From an uncultured virus (IMG/VR IMGVR_UViG_3300020409_000013) (Duplodnaviria; Heunggongvirae; Uroviricota; Caudoviricetes; Kyanoviridae), in IMG/VR virus record IMGVR_UViG_3300020409_000013: a DNA stretch of 20,000 nt; one strand, written 5' to 3'. This document shows, piece after piece, positions 7,464 to 16,995 of this stretch. A program made the translations under genes and the position numbers. Position 1 is the stretch's first letter; each line of letters begins with the position of its first letter. The notes beneath the pieces are model-generated. The model was not told the DNA's origin and did no database searches. It saw only the letters and a list, made by a program, of their open reading frames with translations.

Positions 7464-8999
7464 ATGGCACTATTAACCGACCAGTTTAGAATTTTTACTG
7501 CCAAGAGATTCATTAAATCTCTGGAAGGTCCTGATTCGGCTCAGTCCGACTTACTTGCAGGATCTGCCAGAGATAGACTGTATGTATTCATTGGCAGACC
7601 TCAAAGCTGGGACAATGAGAATGACCCACCTGATCCAACAGATTCGCTGCAAGAATTTGCTGACAACTTCTCTGACATGATCTCCCTTAAGAGGGTATTG
7701 GCAAACGATACTATTCAAGTTGTCCGTCGTATCAACTGGATCCCACCCGAGCAAACCACTGGTGGATTGGGTTACGTTTACGACATGTATAGACATGATT
7801 ATTCAGCCACTAAGACTGCTGCGTCTGGTGCGACGAAGTTGTATGACGCTGACTTCTACGTTGTCAACTCTAGTTACCAAGTATATAAGTGCATATTCAA
7901 CGGCACAAGTCCTTCTGATCCTAACGGTAAACCTTCTACTGTTGAGCCTACTGGCACCTCCACATCTATTATTACGACTGCCGATGGCTATCGTTGGAAG
8001 TATCTTTATACTATCCCTGTGGGGCAAGTCCTAAAATTCTTCTCTAACGAATACATGCCAGTGTTGGAAGATACTGCTGTTATCTCTGATGCTGTTGGAG
8101 GAGAGATTGACACAGTTATTATCGGATCTTCAGGTACTGGTTATAACAACGGCACCTACGAAAACGTCCCTATTAAAGGAGATGGCGTTGGTGGACGTGT
8201 ATCGCTAGTGGTTGACGGTGGTAAACTTGTTACTGCTACTGTTACATCTGGTGGATCTGGATATACATTCGGGACAGTTGTTATCGATGAGATCAACGGT
8301 ATCGGAGCAGGAGCAGGATCTGGTGCATCTGTTGAGGTTATCATTCCTCCATCTGTAGGTCATGGTGCAGCACCTGACACAGAGTTGGGTGGATATCGTG
8401 TGATGATTAACACCAAGTTTACATACGCTGAGGGATCTGGTGACTTCCCAACTGATAACGACTATCGTCGTATTGGTTTGTTGCTCAATCCATTCAGATA
8501 TGGCACAAATGAATTGACTGCAGAATTAACTTTGTCAGGCACAAAGGCAGTTATTTTCTCTCCAACATTTACAGGAAACTATAGCACAGACGAGATCGTA
8601 ACACAGTCTAGGACTGTTGGTGGTCAGCAGGTTACTGCTAGAGGTCGTGTTGTTTCTTGGAATAGCACTACAAAAGTATTGAAGTATTACCAGAATAGAA
8701 TCGACGGAATCTTCCCTGAGATTACTGGTAGTTTGACTGAGTTTGATGGAGGTAACCCAGTAGTGGGATCTATCTCAGGTACATCAGGTGACCCAGACAT
8801 TAACTTCCCTATTGTCTCTGGATCCTCTACCAGAGTCATTAACAACACAGAATATGATCTGGGTATGGCATTTACTAACGGTTATGCAGACCCCGAGATT
8901 GAGCCAAATAGCGGTCGGATTATTTACATAGATAATAGAGGACCAATCACTCGTGCGGGCGACCAAATTGAGGATATCAAAGTCGTAATCGAATTCTAA
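7464..8999 (+). CDS. gp8: Baseplate wedge subunit gp8
   Basis: LYVFIGRPQSW, RRINW...YDMYRHDYS, FYVVNSSYQVYKCIFNG, EPTGTS...TADGYRWKYLYTI and the C-terminal SGRIIYIDNRGPITRAGDQIEDIKVVIEF are hallmark gp8 motifs. Confidence 0.93.
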   Translation: MALLTDQFRIFTAKRFIKSLEGPDSAQSDLLAGSARDRLYVFIGRPQSWDNENDPPDPTDSLQEFADNFSDMISLKRVLANDTIQVVRRINWIPPEQTTGGLGYVYDMYRHDYSATKTAASGATKLYDADFYVVNSSYQVYKCIFNGTSPSDPNGKPSTVEPTGTSTSIITTADGYRWKYLYTIPVGQVLKFFSNEYMPVLEDTAVISDAVGGEIDTVIIGSSGTGYNNGTYENVPIKGDGVGGRVSLVVDGGKLVTATVTSGGSGYTFGTVVIDEINGIGAGAGSGASVEVIIPPSVGHGAAPDTELGGYRVMINTKFTYAEGSGDFPTDNDYRRIGLLLNPFRYGTNELTAELTLSGTKAVIFSPTFTGNYSTDEIVTQSRTVGGQQVTARGRVVSWNSTTKVLKYYQNRIDGIFPEITGSLTEFDGGNPVVGSISGTSGDPDINFPIVSGSSTRVINNTEYDLGMAFTNGYADPEIEPNSGRIIYIDNRGPITRAGDQIEDIKVVIEF

Positions 9000-9000
9000 G

Positions 9001-12000
9001 ATGCCACAGAATACCAACCTAAACATTAGTCCCTATTTCGACGACTTCGATAAAGATAAGAATTTTTATCGAGTGCTCTATAGACCTGGATTCCCAATAC
9101 AGGCAAGAGAGCTAACGACGATGCAATCGATCTTGCAAAATCAGATCGAGAATATGGGTCAGCACTTTTTCAAAGAAGGTGCAATGGTCATACCTGGTCA
9201 AGTAGGTTATGATCTGAATGTGCAAGCTATTGTACTTCAACAAGCATTTTTGGGAGTTGACGTTGAGACGTATCGTGCTCAACTTAGTGACAAGATTATC
9301 TCTGGACTTACATCTGGTATTCGTGCAAAAGTCCTATACTCTATTCCTGCCACTGAGTCAACTAAAGGATATATTACTCTCTATGTGAAATATATTGACT
9401 CTGGTGATACTATCTCAGAGACTAATGTTCGTGGTTTCCAAGCAAACGAGCAGTTGATCTGTGAGTCTGAATTGACTTTCGGCACAACTTTGATTGAGAT
9501 TGGATCTCCATTTGCTCAGTTGCTTCCTGTTGATGCAACTGCAGTTGCTGCTGTAGCATATATCAATGAAGGTATCTACTTTATTCGTGGACATTTTGTA
9601 AACGTCCCTAGTGCTTATATTATCCTTGATCAATATACTAACAATCCGTCATATAGAATTGGTCTAGAAGTCGCAGAATCTATCGTTACCCCAGAAGATG
9701 ATACATCTCTAAACGATAACGCTGCAGGCACATCAAACTATTCAGCACCAGGTGGTCATAGATTTAAGATTTCTACTACACTGGTCAAGAAACCAATCTC
9801 CGATGAAACTGATAAAAACTTCATCGAATTAATTAGAATCCGTAATTCTAGGATTGAGAGTTATGTTGATACATCTGCATACTCACAACTTGAGAAATCT
9901 TTAGCTCGTAGGACTTTTGAAGAGTCTGGCGACTATGTAATCGACACATTCGATGTTAAGTTGAGAGAGCATCGTAATGATGGATTCAACAATGGTGTAT
10001 ACCAACCAGGTCAAACATCTAGAGCAGGACAACCTGCATCAGAAGAATATGCATCGATCGAGGTATCACCAGGTAGAGCATATATTAAAGGTTTTAGGAC
10101 AGAGTTTTTAACTCCACAATATGTTGACCTTAAGAAACCAAGAGACTTTGTTGGTATTCAGAATACTATCATTCCTCTAGAGTGGGGTCAATATCTAAAA
10201 GTATTTGGTGTATATGGGTGGCCTAACTTCACTGGTGAAGGTGTTAGTGATGCTTATCAGATTGTCGATCTACAGGATGGATGGGCAGTCGCTACTAACA
10301 ATAGTGTAGTCGGTCAAAAAATCGGACGTGCTCGCTGTGTGCAACTACAGAAAGCAGGAGCAGGTCTATTTGACATGTATCTGATGGATATCCAGTTGTA
10401 TACTGCTGTCAATTTTGTTGCAGGTAACACAACTGTTGCTATTGGTGACAAACTTGTTGGACGTATCTCAGGTGCTACAGGATTTGTAACTGATGATTTC
10501 TCAGGACAGAGAGTATCTCTTGAGCAAGTATCAGGTACTTTCATTGACGGTGAGGTAGTCACTAGAGATGGTAGAGTTGTTGGCACACTAGATGCTGTGC
10601 ACACATATAAAGTTACTGACGTAAGATCTGTTATTGGACGCAATGCCCAATCTGTTGTTAGTTTTGCAGCGAAACTATTGCTTAATGACAGAGCAATTAT
10701 CAGAGGATCTTCTATCACAATCGATCAGGCAGGATCACCTCCTAAGATTACAGGTACTAATGGATCTAAGTTTGAGCAAGACCTAAGACCTGGTGATGTT
10801 ATTTCTCCTGACGGTTTATCATCTCCACAAGGTGAAAAGACTCTTGTTATTACGAAAGCAGATAAGAATGCTATTAACCTAACAGCTCAAAACAATACAG
10901 GTGTTACACCTTATGTCTTTGATTATCAAGCACAGACTGCTACAGTTGACACTAGTTTAACTAAAGGGACTATTGCAGACGGCACATATACTACTGTTGT
11001 AAGATATAGACCATATCTATATGGTCAGAATCAACCTTCTGGTCAGTTGTCTCAGGACATGCCTAAGAGGACAATCAAGTCTATCACTGACGAATCATTC
11101 TTTGTCTTTAGGACTTTTGATAACAAGACTGTTGTATCAGGTGGTTTGACTGTTGCACTTCCAGAATCTGAGCAGTTTGCTGCACTGGATGATGACAACT
11201 ACATTCTTACAATCCTTGCAGAATCTGGATCAGCATATTCAGTTGGTGACAACCTTGACATCGAGGCACTATCTGACGCACAGACATTGACAGTTACCTT
11301 TGGTGCTGACAGACAGTCCATTACTATTGACGGTCTTACAGGTGTTACCACAGTTAAACTGACTGCATTGGTATCTAAGAATATCGTTTCTAGAAAAATT
11401 AAAACTGCATCTAAGATGCGTGCTATGAAAGTCACTAGGACTTCTAAGCAACAAGACATTCAAAGATTCGGACTAAACTATGGAGGATTGTATGGTACAA
11501 GAATCGAAGATCCAGAAATCTCATTTGGTCTCAACGACGTATATAAGCTCCACGCAGTCTATGAATCCGAAGATGACAACGCTCCCAAGATCCCTTACGT
11601 TGTACTCTCGGAGGCAACTTTCTTTGCTCCTGGCACGGTTGTCACAGGGGTAACATCAGGTGCAAGAGCAGTAGTTGTATCATTTATTAACGCAACTCTA
11701 AGACTCTACAACGTTGACCTAAACGGCACAGGGTTTAATCCTGGCGAAACTATTAATGGTCAAGACAGTGATGGTAACGTATTGACTGCAACCATTGATG
11801 ATGCTGACGGATCTGTTGAAAAAGGATCTAAGGTTATCACTAATCAATATGAATTGAATCAGTCACAAAATGCATTCTTCTATGATGTATCTCGTCTAGT
11901 CAGAAAACCTGGCACTACTCCTCCAACCAGACAGTTGATGGTAGTGTTTGACTACTTCATCCATGAAGCATCTGGTGATTACTTCTCTGGTCAGTCATAC

Positions 12001-15000
12001 ACTGGTATTGACTTTGCAGATATTCCATCACCACTTCTTAAAGGATCTAGTAGGACTGTTAGAGACCAACTTGACTTCCGTCCTGCAGTTGGTGAATTGG
12101 CAACAGGACAAGGCACAGTCGGTAGTCCTTTTGAGGTGACTTGTGCAACTCTTGACTTCGATGCTAGACAATTCTCTACAACTGGTCAGGGTGCAGGTGC
12201 TGCAGCAGCAGCGACCTTGTTTGATATTCCTAAGGCAGAAACAGAATTCCGTTGTGACTTCGACTACTACCTACCTAGGACAGACAAACTATTCCTTACT
12301 CACGATAATGATCTACAGTTGATTGAGGGTATATCTTCAGAAGATCCTCAACCACCTGATAACATTCAGAGTGCTATGTGTTTGGCAACGCTCAAGCATA
12401 GAGCATTTATGTTTGATCCAGAGCGTGACACTACGATCAACCAAGAAATTATCAAGCGTTATACGATGAAGGACATCGGTGACCTTGATAAGCGTATCAC
12501 CAACGTTGAGTATTACACTGCACTTTCTCTTCTTGAGATCAAGGCAGAAAATACCGCGTCTTACGACGAGAATGGTTTCGACAGACTTAAGAATGGATTT
12601 GTTGTTGATGACTTCACTGACCATAAGATTGGTGACGTCAACAGTAGTGATTACAAGTGCTCTCTAGATTTCAAAGAAGGAATCATGAGACCTTCTCACT
12701 TTACTAACAACGTCCCACTCGAATTAAACAATACTAAATCAGTCAACGTCACTACAACCCCTGCAAATATTTGCATGTTGCCATACCAAGACGTTGTTAT
12801 CGTGGAGCAACCCTATGCATCAAGAAGTGAAAATGTTAACCCATTTAATGTATTTACTTTCATCGGTCGTATCGATCTTACACCTACATCAGATGACTGG
12901 CTCGAAACCAACAGACTTCCTGCCAGAGTAGAAAACATCGAGGGTGACTTTGCCTCTGTTGCTGCAGAGAATAACATTGATCCTAACACAGGTTTTGCAC
13001 CTATCCAATGGGGTGGTTGGCAAACTAACTGGACTGGCGAAACCACAATTTCTACAGATACTATCATCAACAGGACTGGTAGTCACAGTGGTGGTGGTAC
13101 TTGGGTCGGCACAAGACACAGAGGTCTTGAATTTATCCACGAAAGACGCACATTTGAAGTTAGAGAGAATCAATCTAGACAGGGTATTAGGACAAGAATC
13201 GTGCCTAAGATTGAGAGAAAATCACTGGGTGATTCTATCCTTTCACAGACTGCAGTGCCATGGATCAGATCTAGAAACCTTGCATTCGACGTTTATAGAA
13301 TGAAACCAAGGACTCGTGTCTACTGTTTCTTCGATGGCGTTGATATTACTCCTTATGTTACACCTAAAGTAATCGAGCTTAATAAGACTGGTAACAACAG
13401 TAATGTTAAGAATGAAGTTATTACAACAGCTGGAGCAAACGCATTCAACCAACCATCAGATAGCACTATTGATAACAGTAACCAGATCCCATTCGTGGTT
13501 GGTGAGACTGTTGTTGGTATTGAATCTGGTGTCAAGTTAAAAGTTGCACCTGCGGATGACGAATATGTAACAACTCCATACGGCACAGGTGCTGCGGTAT
13601 TGCCTACATCATATGCATCTAACACTGACCTCCTTAACATTGACATTAACGAGATGGCATCCACCGCTAATGGTGAATTCCAAGGTAATGTGAAAGTTGG
13701 TGAGTTGCTTGTTGGACAGACATCTGGTGCTGCTGCTTACGTTAAAGATCGTCGTCTATTGACTGACAACGTTGGTAACTTCAAAGGCACATTCTTTATT
13801 CCTAGTCCAAAAGTTGACTCCAACCCACGTTGGGCAACAGGTACAAGGACTATCAGATTTACAACCAGTGCAACAAACGAAAGGACACCTGGCACAGTTG
13901 ACTCATCTGCTGATGCAGAATACAGAGCAACAGGTACGTTGCAGACTGTAAGAGAAAACATTCTTGCAATCCGTAATGCTGAGATTGTCCGTGACACCGT
14001 TACTGATGAGAGGACAATCAACTCTACTAGGACTGAGACAAGACAGATCGGTTGGTATGACCCTCTTGCACAATCATTCATTGTGGATGAAGAAGGCGGT
14101 ATCATGATCACTGGTGTTGAGATCTTCTTTAGGACTAAGGACTCCAACATTCCTATCTCTATGCAGATCAGGACAATGGAAAATGGATATCCTACAAAAG
14201 ATATCTTGCCTCTATCTGATATTACTATCAACGCTGCTGATGTTGAAATTTCAGAAAGTGGAGCAATCCCGACGAGGTTTACGTTTAGATCTCCTGTCTA
14301 TATTAAACAATCGGTTGAATATTGTTTCGTCTTGCTGTCTGACTCTAACGAATATCAAGTCTGGATATCCAGAATGGGTGACGTAGAGAAGTCTGGTAAT
14401 AGGACGATCTCTGAGCAACCATATGCAGGTGTGCTATTCAAATCACAAAACGCATCTACTTGGACTGCTGACCAATATGAGGATCTCAAGTTTACAATTT
14501 ATAAAGCAGCATTCGACACTACTCTTGATGGCACCGTAACTCTCGAAAACGTTGAGATGGGTGAGACTAATGGTGGTTATACAAGACTTACTGACAACCC
14601 ACTGGTTACTATTCAACCTGAGCAAGTATTGACTTTACCTGTTGCAGGTGGACCTTTCAGTTACACAGTTGGTGCTAGACTAACACAAAGTCCATCAGGT
14701 GCATCTGCTACTATCGCAGCGTTTGACTCGGTAGCAACTCCTAATACTATCACAATTAATGATATCTCAGGCATCTGGTCTGCAGGTTTCATTGACGGTA
14801 GTGGTAACGCATTCCAAGGAATTGTATCATCTCAGGCAACCGCTATTTTCCAGTTGTCTACAGTGTCTAATGGTGACTTCTCACCTAGACCTAATCCTGC
14901 AACAGGTACTGCAACAACTACAGTTGATATCATTACAGGATCTACATCAAACTCTACTGCGAGAGTTACTGCATATTATGCGACAGGTGATACTCTACCT

Positions 15001-16440
15001 GATGGTAATACTGCATCTAATCCTGTTTTATATGTAAACTATGTTGATAAAGACTTCGACCTTGCAGATACTCTGTCGGAAAATGGCGGTGTTGTTACTG
15101 CTACTATCTCCTCTGTTGCCTATAGTGGAGACACAAGGAATAACTACCCTGTTTCGGCACCATCGTATCAGGCGAAGGATCGTAAAGTCCTCGTGTATCA
15201 CAAGAATCATTGTATGCACCAACGAACCAACAATGTCGATATAAGAGGCGTAGTCTCAGAAGTCCCACCAACAACGTTGACTTCATCTCTATCAGCAGGT
15301 GCTACAAGTATTAACGTAGAGGCAGGTGCAGCATTCCATACACAAGTTAATGGACAAGCAATCGGTAACTTGAATCCTGGCTACCTCATGATTGGTAGTG
15401 AGATCATTCAATACTCTGCTATCTCTAGTGACGGTAAAGTTATTACAGTTGCTACATCTGGTAGAGGATCTAATACGACTGCTGACCAAGATCATCCTAC
15501 TGGATCACAGGTCTTCTGTTACAACTTTGATGGTATTCCTCTTACAGAAATTAACAAAGTCCACGATAGTATTGGCGATCCATGGATGGATCATTACCTA
15601 CTCAATACTACATCTGTTGCTAACAACGGTATTCGTGGTGGTGGTATCCATGCAATCGCTTCACAAAACTTCCAGTTTGAAACATTGCGTCCATCGGTTG
15701 CCAACCTGGTATTCCCAGAAACAAGTATTGTTGCTCGTGTAAATACTACGTCGGGCACATCTGTTGGAGACGGCACGACGGTTGTTGATCAAGCGTCATT
15801 CGTTAACAATGGTACATATTATGATATCACTTTAAATACAGAGAATTATTTCACAACTCCTCAACTCATTTGCTCTAAGGTTAACGAAGACAACAAGTTG
15901 GGTGGTAACAAATCTATCTCTCTTGATTTAACACTTCATACGGATAACCCAAATGTCTCTCCGTATGTTGACCTAGATAGGACATCTCTTATCACTGTCA
16001 GCAACAGAATCAATCAATGGCCAGGCGGTCCTCAAGCTCTTGGTATTAACACTCTGATTGAATCAACTGCTGATGTATCTCTAGAACCTAGTGGAGATCA
16101 AAACGACGCCGTTTATCTCACTCGTATAGCAAACCTTGCTCAACTTTCACGCACACTTAAAATTGACTTTGGATGCTATAGACCACAAGGCACAGAGGTA
16201 AGAGTTTATATCAAGACTTACGAATCAGGAAGTGAAGTCGATCCAAATACAATCAACTTTGTAGAGGTGCAACCGAAAGTGGGCATTCCTGCGTCCGACG
16301 TATTTGAATTCAGAGATTATTCTTATGAAGCGACCGCACTTAACTTTAATGCATTCCAAGTCAAGATTGTATTGAGGTCTAAGAATCAGGCAGTGGTGCC
16401 TCAGGTAATCGACTTTAGGTCAACAGCACTCGCTACTTAA
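9001..16440 (+). CDS. vrlC: VrlC-like / DUF4815 large virion structural protein, 2479 aa
   Basis: N-terminus MPQNTNLNISPYFDDFDKDKNFYRVLYRPGFPIQARELTTMQSILQNQ; internal YTMKDIGDLDKRITNVEYYTALSLLE, RLKNGFVVDDF, DPLAQSF and LFKSQNASTWTADQYEDLKF. Follows gp8 as in cyanomyoviruses. Confidence 0.88.
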   Translation: MPQNTNLNISPYFDDFDKDKNFYRVLYRPGFPIQARELTTMQSILQNQIENMGQHFFKEGAMVIPGQVGYDLNVQAIVLQQAFLGVDVETYRAQLSDKIISGLTSGIRAKVLYSIPATESTKGYITLYVKYIDSGDTISETNVRGFQANEQLICESELTFGTTLIEIGSPFAQLLPVDATAVAAVAYINEGIYFIRGHFVNVPSAYIILDQYTNNPSYRIGLEVAESIVTPEDDTSLNDNAAGTSNYSAPGGHRFKISTTLVKKPISDETDKNFIELIRIRNSRIESYVDTSAYSQLEKSLARRTFEESGDYVIDTFDVKLREHRNDGFNNGVYQPGQTSRAGQPASEEYASIEVSPGRAYIKGFRTEFLTPQYVDLKKPRDFVGIQNTIIPLEWGQYLKVFGVYGWPNFTGEGVSDAYQIVDLQDGWAVATNNSVVGQKIGRARCVQLQKAGAGLFDMYLMDIQLYTAVNFVAGNTTVAIGDKLVGRISGATGFVTDDFSGQRVSLEQVSGTFIDGEVVTRDGRVVGTLDAVHTYKVTDVRSVIGRNAQSVVSFAAKLLLNDRAIIRGSSITIDQAGSPPKITGTNGSKFEQDLRPGDVISPDGLSSPQGEKTLVITKADKNAINLTAQNNTGVTPYVFDYQAQTATVDTSLTKGTIADGTYTTVVRYRPYLYGQNQPSGQLSQDMPKRTIKSITDESFFVFRTFDNKTVVSGGLTVALPESEQFAALDDDNYILTILAESGSAYSVGDNLDIEALSDAQTLTVTFGADRQSITIDGLTGVTTVKLTALVSKNIVSRKIKTASKMRAMKVTRTSKQQDIQRFGLNYGGLYGTRIEDPEISFGLNDVYKLHAVYESEDDNAPKIPYVVLSEATFFAPGTVVTGVTSGARAVVVSFINATLRLYNVDLNGTGFNPGETINGQDSDGNVLTATIDDADGSVEKGSKVITNQYELNQSQNAFFYDVSRLVRKPGTTPPTRQLMVVFDYFIHEASGDYFSGQSYTGIDFADIPSPLLKGSSRTVRDQLDFRPAVGELATGQGTVGSPFEVTCATLDFDARQFSTTGQGAGAAAAATLFDIPKAETEFRCDFDYYLPRTDKLFLTHDNDLQLIEGISSEDPQPPDNIQSAMCLATLKHRAFMFDPERDTTINQEIIKRYTMKDIGDLDKRITNVEYYTALSLLEIKAENTASYDENGFDRLKNGFVVDDFTDHKIGDVNSSDYKCSLDFKEGIMRPSHFTNNVPLELNNTKSVNVTTTPANICMLPYQDVVIVEQPYASRSENVNPFNVFTFIGRIDLTPTSDDWLETNRLPARVENIEGDFASVAAENNIDPNTGFAPIQWGGWQTNWTGETTISTDTIINRTGSHSGGGTWVGTRHRGLEFIHERRTFEVRENQSRQGIRTRIVPKIERKSLGDSILSQTAVPWIRSRNLAFDVYRMKPRTRVYCFFDGVDITPYVTPKVIELNKTGNNSNVKNEVITTAGANAFNQPSDSTIDNSNQIPFVVGETVVGIESGVKLKVAPADDEYVTTPYGTGAAVLPTSYASNTDLLNIDINEMASTANGEFQGNVKVGELLVGQTSGAAAYVKDRRLLTDNVGNFKGTFFIPSPKVDSNPRWATGTRTIRFTTSATNERTPGTVDSSADAEYRATGTLQTVRENILAIRNAEIVRDTVTDERTINSTRTETRQIGWYDPLAQSFIVDEEGGIMITGVEIFFRTKDSNIPISMQIRTMENGYPTKDILPLSDITINAADVEISESGAIPTRFTFRSPVYIKQSVEYCFVLLSDSNEYQVWISRMGDVEKSGNRTISEQPYAGVLFKSQNASTWTADQYEDLKFTIYKAAFDTTLDGTVTLENVEMGETNGGYTRLTDNPLVTIQPEQVLTLPVAGGPFSYTVGARLTQSPSGASATIAAFDSVATPNTITINDISGIWSAGFIDGSGNAFQGIVSSQATAIFQLSTVSNGDFSPRPNPATGTATTTVDIITGSTSNSTARVTAYYATGDTLPDGNTASNPVLYVNYVDKDFDLADTLSENGGVVTATISSVAYSGDTRNNYPVSAPSYQAKDRKVLVYHKNHCMHQRTNNVDIRGVVSEVPPTTLTSSLSAGATSINVEAGAAFHTQVNGQAIGNLNPGYLMIGSEIIQYSAISSDGKVITVATSGRGSNTTADQDHPTGSQVFCYNFDGIPLTEINKVHDSIGDPWMDHYLLNTTSVANNGIRGGGIHAIASQNFQFETLRPSVANLVFPETSIVARVNTTSGTSVGDGTTVVDQASFVNNGTYYDITLNTENYFTTPQLICSKVNEDNKLGGNKSISLDLTLHTDNPNVSPYVDLDRTSLITVSNRINQWPGGPQALGINTLIESTADVSLEPSGDQNDAVYLTRIANLAQLSRTLKIDFGCYRPQGTEVRVYIKTYESGSEVDPNTINFVEVQPKVGIPASDVFEFRDYSYEATALNFNAFQVKIVLRSKNQAVVPQVIDFRSTALAT

Positions 16441-16476
16441 AGTACCTAAACTTCGATCCCGAAAACCGACAAGCTG

Positions 16477-16505
16477 ATTCTACTTATTATTTTGATCTTT
16501 GTCAA
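16477..16505 (-). promoter_or_regulatory. Sigma70-type promoter on the minus strand, antisense to the VrlC-like gene
   Basis: Reverse complement reads TTGACA (16505-16500), 17-nt spacer AAGATCAAAATAATAAG, TAGAAT (16482-16477): perfect -35, optimal spacing, 5/6 match at -10. Confidence 0.75.
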
Positions 16506-16507
16506 GT

Positions 16508-16753
16508 ATGGACATTAAAAATCTGATACCTGTTGATGGAAAAGAGGGTTGGTATCGTGATCCCCTGACAAATGCCATCATTAATAACAATAAATCCGAA
16601 TACGAAAAATACATGAGTGCCTACAACAAGCGGGCAAAAACTGAAGTCACAATCGAGACTTTACAAACTGAGGTTGATGAAGTAAAATCAGATCTGAAGG
16701 ATATTAAGGGTCTACTCAAATCATTATTGGAGCTACAAAATGACAGCAACTAA
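16508..16753 (+). CDS. Small conserved-type phage hypothetical protein with C-terminal coiled coil (81 aa)
   Basis: ATG at 16508 preferred over TTG at 16499. MDIKNLIPVDGKEGWYRDPLTNAIINNNKSEYEKY resembles the small gene commonly found after vrlC. Heptad pattern in IETLQTEVDEVKSDLKDIKGLL. Confidence 0.8.
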   Translation: MDIKNLIPVDGKEGWYRDPLTNAIINNNKSEYEKYMSAYNKRAKTEVTIETLQTEVDEVKSDLKDIKGLLKSLLELQNDSN

Positions 16754-16970
16754 AACTGAAACTCTTTCTAAGGAAGAGCTTCTTGATCAATTCAAGACAC
16801 GTTATGGCAAACTAGTTGAAGAAAACAAAGAGCTAAGCGAAAAGATCCGCTCTAACGAGCAGACTGCACTCAAACTACTGGGTGCCATCGAGACACTAGA
16901 ATATCTCTCCCCTGAGAAACTTGCTGCAACAACCGAGGTCACTGAGGACATAAATAACTCAGACGAATAG
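16740..16970 (+). CDS. Small coiled-coil hypothetical protein (76 aa)
   Basis: GGAG SD upstream; overlaps the previous gene by 14 nt; helical, charged sequence ending in KLLGAIETLEYL. Confidence 0.78.
   Translation: MTATKTETLSKEELLDQFKTRYGKLVEENKELSEKIRSNEQTALKLLGAIETLEYLSPEKLAATTEVTEDINNSDE
16949..16956 (+). promoter_or_regulatory. Late promoter CATAAATA upstream of the tail-fibre gene
   Basis: NATAAATA match within the 3' end of the 76-aa gene, about 40 nt before ATG 16996. Confidence 0.7.
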
Positions 16971-16995
16971 TGTGCTTTGCAAGGATCCTTAAGCA

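Noticed and set aside
6949..15838. Other internal TAAATA hexamers (~6951, ~7009, ~15740, ~15833)
   Set aside because: Expected by chance in AT-rich DNA and not positioned close to gene starts.
9001..16440. Possible intein or intron in the very long VrlC-like gene
   Set aside because: No intein splice motifs (N-terminal C/S block with HN-C/S/T) or homing-endonuclease motifs were recognised, and the frame is uninterrupted.
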